From Candidatus Eiseniibacteriota bacterium (GTDB taxonomy: Bacteria > Eisenbacteria > RBG-16-71-46 > CAVPCR01), in NCBI GenBank assembly GCA_963702435.1, contig CAVPCR010000005.1:32001-96000 (forward strand): DNA of 64,000 nt. Direction: 5' to 3'. Positions 39,054 through 49,299 of the stretch are shown here, in pieces. The first letter of the stretch is position 1. The number at the start of each line of letters is the position of its first letter. Under the pieces are notes generated by a model that searched no databases, had not been told where the DNA came from, and saw nothing but the letters and a program-made list of their open reading frames with translations. A program made the translations under genes and the position numbers.

Positions 39054-40151
39054 CTATCCTCGCCGGCGGCTCGGCGCCCGTGAGGAGGGTTCATCTGAAG
39101 CCTCCTGGCCACCGGCTGCCGCTGCCGCCCGCGACTGGCACGGGCCGCAGCGCATCGCGAGATCCGTCCCGACGGTGAGCATCCACTCCCCCGCTCCACA
39201 GCTGTCGCAGGCAATCGGCTCGAGCGCGGAAAGGACGGGATTCCACACGACCGCCACGTGCCGTTCCGCCGTCCGCCACTGGAACAAGTACGTCCCACGG
39301 AGCACCGGTATCATGACCCGCGCAACGGCCAGCGGCGCGAGGCGGGCGCGGAGCCGGTAGCGGTGCCCGAGGTCGAGCACCTTGCGCTCGTACTCCCGGC
39401 GGATCGCCGCCAGTCGCTCCCCGGTGACTGCTGCACTCCGATCCCTGCGGCCGCCGCCGACGAGCTCTCCAGCAAGCGAGGTGAAGTAAGCATGGAGGCG
39501 CTCGGCATCCCGCGCTCGCCGGCGCTCCATCGTGGCGACGAACGGCCTCAACCGCTCGCGCGCCGTGCGCTCTGCCTCGCGACATCCGGCGGCGAGAATG
39601 CCACCGTACTCGCTGCTCCCGCGCCCGGCGTCGTCGCCTCGCGCCGGGGCGAAGCGCAATCCGCGCGCCTCGATCGCGTCTGTGAGGCCGCGCACCGGCA
39701 CCCCCGTCGCCTCGTCGATCGCGACGGCGATGATCTCCTCATGGCTCTCCTCGCTCAGCGCCGACAGCCCGAAATGGAACAGCGAGTACGTGTGGACTGA
39801 TTGAGAGGTGGCCTCGTACAGGATCCGCACCTTGGTCTCGAAGCGATAGCGGGTGCGCGCCTCGCGCCCGAGATCGCGCCAGCTCGGCGCCGGGAGTTCG
39901 CATTCGGCACTCGAGACATCGCCACAGCCCTTGGCCACGGCCAGCACCTGTTCCAGATCCTGGGCACCATAGCCGACGGAGCGCGTGCCGGGGGCGGCCC
40001 GGCCGGGCTGCGCGACGAGCCGGGCCTCCGATTCCCAGCCGAGCATCGCGGCGAGGGAGTCCGGCAGCAACACGTCTGCGCCATCCGCGTTCACCTCGAC
40101 CACCGCGCCTTCGGCCTCGAGGACGGCGGCGGCAAACTCGAGCGGCCTCAT
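39054..40151 (-). CDS. Hypothetical protein, YqhG-like SNF2 partner with a C-terminal CxxC...CxxC
   Basis: Overlaps the SNF2 stop. Coiled segment RRRARDAERLHAYF, and CDSC...CGPC. Confidence 0.6.
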   Translation of the reverse strand: MRPLEFAAAVLEAEGAVVEVNADGADVLLPDSLAAMLGWESEARLVAQPGRAAPGTRSVGYGAQDLEQVLAVAKGCGDVSSAECELPAPSWRDLGREARTRYRFETKVRILYEATSQSVHTYSLFHFGLSALSEESHEEIIAVAIDEATGVPVRGLTDAIEARGLRFAPARGDDAGRGSSEYGGILAAGCREAERTARERLRPFVATMERRRARDAERLHAYFTSLAGELVGGGRRDRSAAVTGERLAAIRREYERKVLDLGHRYRLRARLAPLAVARVMIPVLRGTYLFQWRTAERHVAVVWNPVLSALEPIACDSCGAGEWMLTVGTDLAMRCGPCQSRAAAAAGGQEASDEPSSRAPSRRRG

Positions 40152-42529
40152 TCCGGCACCTTGAGCACTTCGAAGTCCTCGCCGAACAGCGACTCGTCGA
40201 GCGCTTTCGTGCGCTCGTAAGCCTGCTTCGCGGCCAGGAGCTCGCGGGACAGCTGCTCGAAACCCGTGGCCGCCTCCTCATCGGTGGCCGCCCCGGCCCA
40301 GGTGTCCAGCACGCGCTCGGAGAAATCGCGCTCATCCGCCAGTCGCCCGAGGATCATGTCGATCTCGCCGATCACGAGCTCGAACATGTTGATCTTCCGA
40401 TCGAGAATCCCGAGCAGGTGGTCTTCCACGCTGCCCCGAGCGCACAGGTTGAGGATCTCGATCTCGGACTCCTGTCCGATGCGGTGCAGCCGGCCGATGC
40501 GTTGCTCGATCCGCATGGGATTCCAGGGCAAGTCGAGGTTCACCATGCGGTGGCAGAACTGCAGATTGCGCCCCTCCCCGCCGACCTCGGTGGCGACGAG
40601 AACCCGCTCGCCGGACCGGAAGCGTTCGACGGCGGCGTCCTTCTCCCTCGCGCTCATGCGGCCGTGAAAGAGCACCGGCCGCATGCCGCGCGCCTCGAGC
40701 TCGCGGCTCACGAAGCTGAGTGTCTCGAGGTAGCTGACGAAGACGATCGTCTGCTCGCGCGTGGAGGCGAGGATGTCGACCAGCCGGGCCACCTTGGTCG
40801 AGGTGCGGAGGCCGCCGGCCAGTGCGGCCAGCGCCCGCAACTCGCTGCGCAAGGCATCCTCCTCGCCGCCGACCGCCAGCAGGCCGGCGAGCGTCTTTGC
40901 GACCGCGGCCGGGCTGCTCCCCGCCTCCGACTGCAGGAGCCGGAGCGTGAGGCGATCGAGCGCGCCGTTTCCCTGCCCGGCGCGGTGATGAGCCCGCACC
41001 AGGGCCGAGAGCCGCGCGTACAGCTCCTCCTCGGCGGGCGCCGGCTCGACAACGATGGTCGTCGCATGGCGTGGCGGCAGCTTGAGCCCGGCCAGAGCCC
41101 GCGTGTTGCGGATCATCACCTCGGAGAGCAGCTCGCGGAGCTTCTGCTCGTTGAGCGGCACCGTGGGATCCTTCCTGGAAACGAACTCCTTCAGGAAGCT
41201 GGCAGGAGTCCGCAGCTGGCCGGGCTTGAGGAGGGTGATCAGGTTGTACAGCTCGAGGAGGTTGTTCTGCAGCGGTGTCGCGGTGAGGAGCAGCATGAAC
41301 CGCGACTTGAGCCCGTTGACGAGCTTCCACGCCTCGGTCGCGCTGTTCCGCAGGTGATGCGCCTCATCGACGACGATCAGGTCGAACTGCCGGGACATGA
41401 CCCGCTGCCGGTTGGACGCAGACTTGGCGAGCGACAAGGACGCGATCACGAGCGACTCGCGGGCCCAGAACGCATCCGGGTCGAGACGGCGTGACGGATC
41501 GGCGGTCGTGGCGAAGGAGAGATCGAACTTCCCCGCAAGCTCATCTTGCCACTGGCCGACGAGCGCCGGCGGGACGAGGACGAGCACCGACTGTGCCAGC
41601 CCGCGAAGCAGGTACTCCTTGATCACCATCCCGGCTTCCACGGTCTTGCCGAGCCCGACCTCATCGCAGAGGAGGGCACGCCCCCGGAAGCGCTTCAGAA
41701 CCTTGCGCACGGTCTCGATCTGGAACCAGAACTCCTGGACGCCGCGGAGCTGTGGCAGGCAGAGGAGCTCGTCCACGTTGTTGACGGCGGCGAGTCGAAA
41801 CGCCTCGACGCGCAGGGCGAGCCGCGGCCAGTCGACGCCTGCGCCGGCAGTCACCCGGGCCGCAAGACCGGTCTCCTCGACTTCGATCGAGACGCCGATC
41901 GGCCCGAGCTGGGGCCGCGGCAAGGCAAGCCCGGCGGAGACCGGCGGTGTCGGATCAGGGGCGGGCATCGGCGGTGGTGAGAGCGCGGTGTGCGGGGATG
42001 GTCCCGGACCCGGGCTCCTCGCTAGCGGCGAAAGAGGAGCGGCCGGCCGTGGAGCCCGCCGCCTGCCCGCCGGCGGTCGCCTGCCCGGCGCCGCCGCTCC
42101 CGATGCCAGGCGCCGCTCGAGGGCAACTACCGTGTACGGGCCGATCTTCCGCAGATGAGGATAGTGCTCTCTGAACTCTCCAAAGAACTGGCCCATGGCC
42201 CGCCGGTCGCCCGCCCCGAGCGCTACGAGCACGAGGTTCGCGAGCACGATCTCGCCCCGGTTCCCGCCTCGGTAGGCGTCGCGCAACCCGGCTGCGAGCA
42301 CCTCGGGCCAGCCCCCCTCGGAGCAGAGGATGACCAGTCCGACGATGGCCTCCTCGCAATGCGGATCGGAGAGGATCGCGCGGCGCAGCAGAGCAACAGC
42401 CTCGCCCGACTTCCCGGCCTGGAAGAGCACTCGCGCCCGATCGAGCTTGAGCGCGACCTCGTGCGCATCCGCCGGGCGCGGTCCGAACACCCTGGGCCGC
42501 CAAGCTCCCGCCATCCGATTCTGCGTCAA
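40148..42529 (-). CDS. SNF2-family helicase (YqhH/RapA-like) with an N-terminal TPR-like extension
   Basis: LCDEVGLGKT, DEAHH, LTATPLQN, GGEGRNLQF and LPWNPMRIEQRIGRLHRIGQ. Confidence 0.9.
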   Translation of the reverse strand: MTQNRMAGAWRPRVFGPRPADAHEVALKLDRARVLFQAGKSGEAVALLRRAILSDPHCEEAIVGLVILCSEGGWPEVLAAGLRDAYRGGNRGEIVLANLVLVALGAGDRRAMGQFFGEFREHYPHLRKIGPYTVVALERRLASGAAAPGRRPPAGRRRAPRPAAPLSPLARSPGPGPSPHTALSPPPMPAPDPTPPVSAGLALPRPQLGPIGVSIEVEETGLAARVTAGAGVDWPRLALRVEAFRLAAVNNVDELLCLPQLRGVQEFWFQIETVRKVLKRFRGRALLCDEVGLGKTVEAGMVIKEYLLRGLAQSVLVLVPPALVGQWQDELAGKFDLSFATTADPSRRLDPDAFWARESLVIASLSLAKSASNRQRVMSRQFDLIVVDEAHHLRNSATEAWKLVNGLKSRFMLLLTATPLQNNLLELYNLITLLKPGQLRTPASFLKEFVSRKDPTVPLNEQKLRELLSEVMIRNTRALAGLKLPPRHATTIVVEPAPAEEELYARLSALVRAHHRAGQGNGALDRLTLRLLQSEAGSSPAAVAKTLAGLLAVGGEEDALRSELRALAALAGGLRTSTKVARLVDILASTREQTIVFVSYLETLSFVSRELEARGMRPVLFHGRMSAREKDAAVERFRSGERVLVATEVGGEGRNLQFCHRMVNLDLPWNPMRIEQRIGRLHRIGQESEIEILNLCARGSVEDHLLGILDRKINMFELVIGEIDMILGRLADERDFSERVLDTWAGAATDEEAATGFEQLSRELLAAKQAYERTKALDESLFGEDFEVLKVPE

Positions 42530-42820
42530 CGCCCGCTCCCACGATGCACGGACACCCAGGTCATCCCACGTCCCCCTGGCAGGTCAATCCTCGGGCCGGC
42601 CAGCGCCCGGGGCTTCCATCGAATACCACGGGACGGATACACCAACAACGGCTTTGCGCACGCGACCGCGATCCACCGCGTCGCATGTCGCGAGCCCGGC
42701 GGGCGGTGACCGCGGGTGGCGATCCTGACCACCACGTTTCCACAGCGTATCCACCATCCTGTTCACACCCCAGGATTGCCGGCGGCACACGGCATCACAA
42801 CCACCCCGGCTCAGGATGTG

Positions 42821-42835
42821 GCAAGAACCATGCCC
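42821..42835 (-). promoter_or_regulatory. Possible sigma54 -24/-12 promoter
   Basis: Minus strand GGGCATGGTTCTTGC (GG-N10-GC), about 290 bp upstream of the SNF2 start. Confidence 0.3.
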
Positions 42836-42852
42836 CGGACAGGCGGGCGCGA

Positions 42853-43564
42853 TCAGACCGGACTGACCGACATCTCCCAGTTGCCGAGCCGCTCGAGGAG
42901 GTAAGACTTCTCCTGCTCGAACACATCGGCCTGCCGCTCGACGACCTCGCCGGCCCCGTCGGTGGTCAAGTCCGCAGTCTCCATGATGAAGGAGGCGACG
43001 CGACCGTGTAGATGGGCGTCATGGTCTCGACCAGCTTGTAGCGATCGCGGGACCAGCGCAGGTAGGAGTAGGCGAACTCGTACACGATTTGCGACCAGAG
43101 GTCCGGCGTGAAGCGGGCCTCCGGGTAGCGCAGCGCGGGGATATCGCTCAGGGCCGCAAAGCTCTCCGCGGAAAGGATCCCGCGCCAGAGCGGCGCGAAG
43201 GGCTCGTCGCCCGCCCGGAAGACCGCGCAGGCGCGAACTCCGAGCCGCTCGGCGGCCTGGAAGACCGCCCGGAGAGCCATCCCCTTCCCCGACAGGCCGC
43301 GATGGATGGCCACGACCTCGGCGCCTTGTCCGACTTGGTCTTCTGGGCGAGCTCCCGGGTATAGTCGAGGGAGCCGGCGTCCGAGACGAAGAGCACGTTC
43401 CGGGCCTCGGGGTAGCGGCGCTCGAGGCCGGCGTAGGCGGCGCTCATCACGCCGACGATCGTCTCCTCGCTGTTGTACGCTGGGATGCCGAGGAGGAGAT
43501 CGGCAGCCCCGATCTCGGCGATCCGCCGGAGCACGTACTCCCGGAGTGCAGTATCGTATTTCAT
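42853..43564 (-). pseudogene. GT2 glucosylglycerate/mannosylglycerate synthase-like gene with an internal deletion and frameshifts
   Basis: The N-terminal LLGIPAYNSEETI...SDAGSLDYT and GKGMALRAVF..ACAV join directly to the C-terminal FRAG...LWSQIVYEFA...RVASFI...FEQEKSYL. The central DxD region is absent and the frame changes twice. Confidence 0.7.
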
Positions 43565-43653
43565 GCTGGTGACTCGCTCGAGGCCGCCGCGAGAACTCCG
43601 TGGGCGGCCGGCCAGGGCAGGGAGCGAGATCTACCTGGCGAGCGCGAGGCTCC

Positions 43654-45033
43654 GTGTCAAACCAAGACGCGCGCGAATCTCGAGATCTGGCGGTGACGGC
43701 ACGGAAGATCTGGGCGGCGGCGCTGCTGCGCGTGCTGCCGGCGGTCGTGCTGGCGCGCGCGCTCGAGCCGACGGGTCCGGATGAGATCGTCATCGCCGGT
43801 GAGCGGCTGTCGCTTGCGGGTGGCGCGCGGTGCCGCCTCCTCGCGCTCGGCAAGGCGGCCGATCCTCTCGCCCGGGCCGCTGTCATCCAGCTCGGCACGC
43901 GCCTCGACGACGGGCTCGTCGTCACCAAGAGCGGACATTCCGCGCACCCGGCGCCCCCGCGGATGCGCGTGATCGAGGCATCGCATCCGCTGCCCGATGC
44001 GCGGAGCGCCGCCGCTGGTCAGGCGATCGCCGACCTTCTGGCTGACGGACGGCGCACGGATCTCGTCCTCTGCCTCCTCTCGGGCGGCGCCTCGGCGCTC
44101 GCCACCTGGCCGCGGCCGCCGCTCACCGTCGTCGATCTCCGCCGCACGACCGATCTCCTGCTCCGGTCCGGGGCCCCGATCGGCGAGCTCAACGTCGTCC
44201 GCAAGCATCTCGACCGCTTGAAGGGAGGAGGCCTGATCCGGCTCGCCGCGCCCGCGCGCGTCCGCGCGCTCGCTCTCTCCGACGTGGTCGGCGACGACCC
44301 CTCCCTCATCGGAAGCGGCCCCGCGGTCCCCGACCCTTCCACGTTCGGCGATGCAGTCGCCGTTCTCCAGCGCCGCGATCTCATCGGCGCGATACCCCGC
44401 GCGGTGCGCGAGCTCCTCGCACGCGGCGTGCGGGGAGAAGAGCCGGAGACCCTCAAGCCGGACGATCCACTGGCCGGGCTCGCGGCGACGACCGTCATTG
44501 CGAACGGCGCCATGGCCCTCGACGCGGCCGCGCGGCGCGCGCGGGAGCTCGGCTTCCTCCCGCGGATCCTGGGGACGACGATCGAAGGCGAGGCTCGTGC
44601 GGTCGGAAGCGCGATCGCCGCGGAGGTGCGCGCGCTCGCCGGCCGGCGCCGGCAGGCATCCTCGCCGATCGCGCTCCTGTGGGCCGGTGAGACCACGGTG
44701 ACGGTCACCGGCCACGGCCTCGGCGGCCGCAATCAGGAGCTGGCCGTCGCCGCCGCCCTCGCGATCGACGGCCTCGCGGACGTGTGCGTGGCTGCGCTCG
44801 GCACCGACGGCACCGACGGCCCGACCGATGCGGCGGGAGGGCTTGTCGACGGCTCGACCGCGGCCCGCGCGCGGAGTGCCGGTGTCGACCTCGAGGCGGC
44901 GCTCGTGCGCAACAACTCCTACTCCGCCCTCGACGCGCTCGGCGCGCTCATCCGGACCGGCCCCACAGGCACGCACGTCAACGACATCGGCGTAGCCCTG
45001 ATCAGGATGGGGCGCGTCAGAGCCAGGCCGTGA
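43654..45033 (+). CDS. Glycerate 2-kinase (MOFRL/TtuD family)
   Basis: LGKAA, ASHPLPD, LSGGASAL, RKHL..LKGG, SDVVGDD, GETTV, GGRNQE, GTDG.DG and TGPTGTHVND. Confidence 0.92.
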   Translation: MSNQDARESRDLAVTARKIWAAALLRVLPAVVLARALEPTGPDEIVIAGERLSLAGGARCRLLALGKAADPLARAAVIQLGTRLDDGLVVTKSGHSAHPAPPRMRVIEASHPLPDARSAAAGQAIADLLADGRRTDLVLCLLSGGASALATWPRPPLTVVDLRRTTDLLLRSGAPIGELNVVRKHLDRLKGGGLIRLAAPARVRALALSDVVGDDPSLIGSGPAVPDPSTFGDAVAVLQRRDLIGAIPRAVRELLARGVRGEEPETLKPDDPLAGLAATTVIANGAMALDAAARRARELGFLPRILGTTIEGEARAVGSAIAAEVRALAGRRRQASSPIALLWAGETTVTVTGHGLGGRNQELAVAAALAIDGLADVCVAALGTDGTDGPTDAAGGLVDGSTAARARSAGVDLEAALVRNNSYSALDALGALIRTGPTGTHVNDIGVALIRMGRVRARP

Positions 45034-48000
45034 GGCGCTGGCGGACCGCGGCGAGGAGGCGTGCGAGCTCCGAGCCGGGACCAGCGCCGCTCCGGGCGAC
45101 CAGGCCCTCGGCTTCATCGAGAGTGCAGCGCGCGGCAGCGGTGTTCCCGCTCTCCTGCTCGAGCTCGGCACGTGCGCAGAGGAGCTTGACCAGGTCGAGG
45201 CGCGCGTCCAGCGCGCGGAGAATGGCCTCGCTCCGCGCGAGGACCTCGCGCGCCTCCTCGTGGCGCCCTTCCATCCGGAGTAGACCGCCCAGGCTGCCGA
45301 GAACGACTCCTTCGGCGGTCCGGTTCCCGACCTCGGCGGCGATCGCGAGCGCCGACTCGTAGTGGGCGCGCGCCTCGGCCGGCCGGCCCTGTGCGCGCCG
45401 GAGGTCGCCGAGCTCCCCGAGCACGTTGCACTCGAAGCGGCGGCTCCTCACCTCCCGGGCGATTTCGAGCGCCGCTTCGTAGTGCATCGCGGCCACGTCA
45501 AGCTGCCCTTCCTGCGCGTGCACGCTGCCGAGGTAGCCGTGCACGACCCCCTCGAAGCGCCGGTCGCCGAACTCCCGATGGATCGCGAGCGCCGCCTCGA
45601 AGCACTGGCGAGCTTCGGCGTGACGGCCCTGGTCGGCCAGCACGTTGCCCAGGCTGCCGAGAACGTGCCCTTCCGAGCGCCGGCTGCCGACCTCGCGGTG
45701 AACAACCAGCGCCGCCTCGTGCCGGGCCTGCGCTTCGTCCAGCCGGCCCTGCGCGCGCGAGAGATTGCCGAGGTTGCTGAGGACGATACCCTCGGCCGCC
45801 CGATTCCCCACCTCGCGGTCGATGGCGAGCGCAGCCTCGTAGTGGGCCTGCGCCTCCGCGAGCTGTCCCTGCTCGCGGCACACGATGCCCAGGTTCCCGA
45901 GGACCACGCCCTCCATCCGCCGCGCGCCGATGTCGCGGCAGATGGCGAGTGCCGACTCGTAGTGCATTCGCGCCGTGTCGATCTCGCCACGCGCGCGGTG
46001 ATAGTTGGCCAGGTTGTTGCAAACGGTCGCCTCCTGGTCACGGGCTCCCCGTTCGCGGAAGATGGCGAGCGCCGCCCCGTAATGCGTGCGCGCCTCATCC
46101 ACCCGGCCCACGAACCACTCTGCGGACGCGAGCGACACGAGCACATCGGCTCTCGCCTCGGGATCCAGGCCAGGAACCTCGGCCAGGGCACGTCCCAGCT
46201 CGAGCGCCGTGGCCATCGGCCCGCGGAGCTCGAGCAGCGCCCAGGCGATGCGGAAGGTCGCATGCGCAACGTCCCCGTCGCCGCGGTCCACAGCTCGCCG
46301 GCAAGCCGACAGGAGGTTGTCGAGATCGCGCTCCGCGCGCCGCCGCTCTGCGCCGCCCTCGCGCTCGAAGTCCGCCAGTGTCTCCTTCGTTCCGTATCGC
46401 GCGTACCACCGGCCGTGACGCTCTTCGGCCGCCCGCTCCGCCGCGGCACCGCTCCCGCCCCGCGTCACCGCACGCTCGTCCCCAAGCTTCCGGCGCGCGT
46501 ATTCCTGCAAGCTCACGTACATCCCGAAACGCATCTCGGACTGGCCCGTACCCGCCGCCGCCGGGGGCGAGATCCGCAGGAGGCTCTTGTCGGCCAGCGC
46601 CTGCACGACATCCACCAACCACGGCGCGTCGCTCCAGGCGCTCAGATCGAGCACTCCTTCGGCGGCCGCCAGGGTGAACCCGCCCTCGAACACGGCACAC
46701 TGCGCCCACGCCGCCTGCTCCCACTCCGCAAGCATCTCCCACGACTCATCGATCACGGCCTCGAGGCTCGAATGCCGCCCGCGCGCCGTCCCGCCCAGGA
46801 CGCGGAACCGCTCGTGCAACCGCGCGGCTAGCTCGTCCACGGTCATGATGCGCACGCGGGCCGCGGCCAGCTCGATCGCCAGCGGCAGGCCCTCGGTCAT
46901 GCGCACGACCTCGCGCACCGCCGCCTCGTCCGGCGCCGCGGGCGCGAACGCGGTCGCGTGCCGCCGCGCCCGCTCGAGGAAAAGCTCGGCTCCCGGCTCG
47001 GGCCCCAGCGGATCAACCACGAGCACCTCTTCCCCGCGCGCCTCGAGTCGCTCGCGGCTGGTCGCGAGGAAGCGGACCTCCGGCGCCCGATCGAGCCACC
47101 GCGCGACCGCCGCCGCCGTATCACCACGCACCTGCTCGCAGTTGTCGAGGATGACGAGGGCGCTCCCGCGCCCGGCGATGGCGTGCCCGAGCTGGGTCAC
47201 CGGATCGCCCTTGTCGAGCGGCACGGCCAGCGCGCCCGCCACCGCTGCCACGATCCCGTTCCGGTCGCGCGCCTCGGTCAGGTCGCAGAACCACACCCCA
47301 CCCGGCCAGGCGTCCTGGCTCTGCCGTCCGAAGTGGACCGCAAGCCGCGTCTTGCCGATGCCGCCGGGACCGAGGAGTGTCACGAGCCGCGCCGCCGCGA
47401 GTCGTTCGCCGAGCCGGGCCAGCTCCGCCGCGCGCCCGATGAATGCATCGAGCTCCGCCGGCAACGTATGTCGCACCGCGACCGCCGCGGCAAGCTGCCC
47501 TGCGAGCGCATGCGCGAGGTCGGCCGCCCGCGCGAAGCGCGCTTCCGGCGCCGGGGCCGTCGCCTGTTCGATCGCGGCGGCGAGCGCGGTGGAAACGTCC
47601 GGACGCTCATCGCCAAGCGCCCGCAGCGGCCCGCGCAGCGCCTCGGTCTTGAGCTCGGCCAGGGATCGAGCGGCGAAGGGCGGATGCCCGGTGAGCGCCC
47701 AGCGCAAGGTCACGCCGAGCGCGTAGAGATCGGAGCGCGGCGACGGCGGTTCGCCGGCGAAGAGCTCCGGCGCCATGAACAGCGGCGTGCCCGCGGTCCG
47801 CCACGGCTCGCCGGCGCCCCCCTGCGGTCGGCCGAGGCCGAAGTCGGTGAGGACCACGCGTCCGCCGCGCTCGAGGACCACGTTGGCCGGCTTCACGTCG
47901 CGGTGCACAAGGCCCGCCTCGTGGACAGCGTCGAGGGCGAGCGCCAGCTCGCGGCCGATGCGCGCTACTTGCGCAGGCGCAAGCGGCCCACCACGCTCGA

Positions 48001-48520
48001 TCGCTGCCGCGAGCGTCTCGCCGTCGAGGAGCTCCATCCACATGCCCACCCGTCCGTCGTGCTCGGCAATCCCGTACACGGTGACAATGGCCGGATGGCG
48101 GAGACGTGCGAGCACCCGCGCCTCGGCGAGAAGCGGATTCGCCTCCCCTGACACCGGCAGCGGCTCGTCGCGGGTGAGCGGAAACTTGAGCGCCACCTCG
48201 CGCTGGAGGCGAGCATCCCATGCCCGCCACACCTCGCCACTCGCGCCGGCTCCCAGCTGCTCGACGAGGACCAGGCTCCCCCAGCGCGGCGCCCCGTCAG
48301 GCATCGGAGACGCATCGCCGGCCGCTCCCCCCTCGCCGCGTGGAGAGCGCTGCAGCGTGCGATGGAAAGCGGCGATGCGCGAGATGTCCTGGAGCGCCAC
48401 CGCCTCGAGGTACTCGTCCTCGCCGAGCGTCGACGCGACGGCCCAGTCGAGCGGCGTCCCGTCCGAGAGGGACGTCGCGAGAACATCGAGCGGGCTTGTC
48501 TTCTCCGGATCGGGCTGCAT
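45017..48520 (-). CDS. Second Ser/Thr kinase + STAND-like NTPase + TPR protein
   Basis: HRDVKPAN, DFG, GPGGIGKT, ILDNCE, GLPLAIELAAAR and a longer TPR array. Collinear with 32915..36115. Confidence 0.9.
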   Translation of the reverse strand: MQPDPEKTSPLDVLATSLSDGTPLDWAVASTLGEDEYLEAVALQDISRIAAFHRTLQRSPRGEGGAAGDASPMPDGAPRWGSLVLVEQLGAGASGEVWRAWDARLQREVALKFPLTRDEPLPVSGEANPLLAEARVLARLRHPAIVTVYGIAEHDGRVGMWMELLDGETLAAAIERGGPLAPAQVARIGRELALALDAVHEAGLVHRDVKPANVVLERGGRVVLTDFGLGRPQGGAGEPWRTAGTPLFMAPELFAGEPPSPRSDLYALGVTLRWALTGHPPFAARSLAELKTEALRGPLRALGDERPDVSTALAAAIEQATAPAPEARFARAADLAHALAGQLAAAVAVRHTLPAELDAFIGRAAELARLGERLAAARLVTLLGPGGIGKTRLAVHFGRQSQDAWPGGVWFCDLTEARDRNGIVAAVAGALAVPLDKGDPVTQLGHAIAGRGSALVILDNCEQVRGDTAAAVARWLDRAPEVRFLATSRERLEARGEEVLVVDPLGPEPGAELFLERARRHATAFAPAAPDEAAVREVVRMTEGLPLAIELAAARVRIMTVDELAARLHERFRVLGGTARGRHSSLEAVIDESWEMLAEWEQAAWAQCAVFEGGFTLAAAEGVLDLSAWSDAPWLVDVVQALADKSLLRISPPAAAGTGQSEMRFGMYVSLQEYARRKLGDERAVTRGGSGAAAERAAEERHGRWYARYGTKETLADFEREGGAERRRAERDLDNLLSACRRAVDRGDGDVAHATFRIAWALLELRGPMATALELGRALAEVPGLDPEARADVLVSLASAEWFVGRVDEARTHYGAALAIFRERGARDQEATVCNNLANYHRARGEIDTARMHYESALAICRDIGARRMEGVVLGNLGIVCREQGQLAEAQAHYEAALAIDREVGNRAAEGIVLSNLGNLSRAQGRLDEAQARHEAALVVHREVGSRRSEGHVLGSLGNVLADQGRHAEARQCFEAALAIHREFGDRRFEGVVHGYLGSVHAQEGQLDVAAMHYEAALEIAREVRSRRFECNVLGELGDLRRAQGRPAEARAHYESALAIAAEVGNRTAEGVVLGSLGGLLRMEGRHEEAREVLARSEAILRALDARLDLVKLLCARAELEQESGNTAAARCTLDEAEGLVARSGAGPGSELARLLAAVRQRLTAWL

Positions 48521-48545
48521 GGCCGGCGGGCGTGGCTCGCGCTCG

Positions 48546-49019
48546 CTAGGCGGCGGTCCTGACCGCGGCCTTGCGCAGCAGGCCCACCTGTCCCGCGTGG
48601 TAGAGCATGTGCTCGAGCTCCCCCATGATCAGCCCGAACCAGGTGTCATCCAGCCCTGGACGATGCATGTGGAGCTGATCGGACGGGAACTGCCCGACCG
48701 CATCGCAAAGCGCGTTCCCGGCCATGAACAGCCGCGCCATCGCCGCCACCCAGGCGCCGTCATCAGCGAGCGCCGCCGGCGGCCAGTCCTCGGCCGCCGT
48801 GACCTCGAATGACTCGCCCGCGAGCCGGCGCCGCGCCACGTCGTGCCAGGTCGTCGCATGGAGAACGATCTCGGCGATCGTGTGCGCCCCGGGGATCGGC
48901 CGCTCGAGGGCCCCGGCCCGGGTCACGCCCGCCAGGGCCTCGTGCCAGGAGGGACCGTGCCAGGCGCCTCCGTGGAGGGCCAGTCCCATCTGCCGGGCCA
49001 GCCTCTTCGCGTCGCTCAT
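48546..49019 (-). CDS. DinB-superfamily four-helix protein
   Basis: AWHGPS, HTIAEIVLH..TW and EHMLYHAGQV. GGAGG RBS. Confidence 0.85.
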   Translation of the reverse strand: MSDAKRLARQMGLALHGGAWHGPSWHEALAGVTRAGALERPIPGAHTIAEIVLHATTWHDVARRRLAGESFEVTAAEDWPPAALADDGAWVAAMARLFMAGNALCDAVGQFPSDQLHMHRPGLDDTWFGLIMGELEHMLYHAGQVGLLRKAAVRTAA

Positions 49020-49299
49020 CGCCACCTCCGGGAAGGGGGGGTCGATCTCGACCGACAACCAAGGTGGATTGCTGGAGCAATGATAGCTCCAAGTTCCACC
49101 TCGTTGGTCGTCGAATCGCCGGACCCGGTGGCGAACCTTGGGGAGGGTCCTCCCGGAGTCCCCCTCGAGGATCCTGGTCAGGGCGGCCCGCTCCGCCACC
49201 ACGATCGTGCACGGATGTCACGGATGTCATGGCACAGAGGCTTGACAGCAGGCGGTACCGCGCGTTGCGTGTGCGTTCGATCCGGTGCTAGCCTGCCTC

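Noticed and set aside
42736..42767. Three DnaA-box-like 9-mers (GTTTCCACA, GTATCCACC, CTGTTCACA)
   Set aside because: Each has 1-2 mismatches, and there is no AT-rich unwinding element or dnaA/dnaN context.
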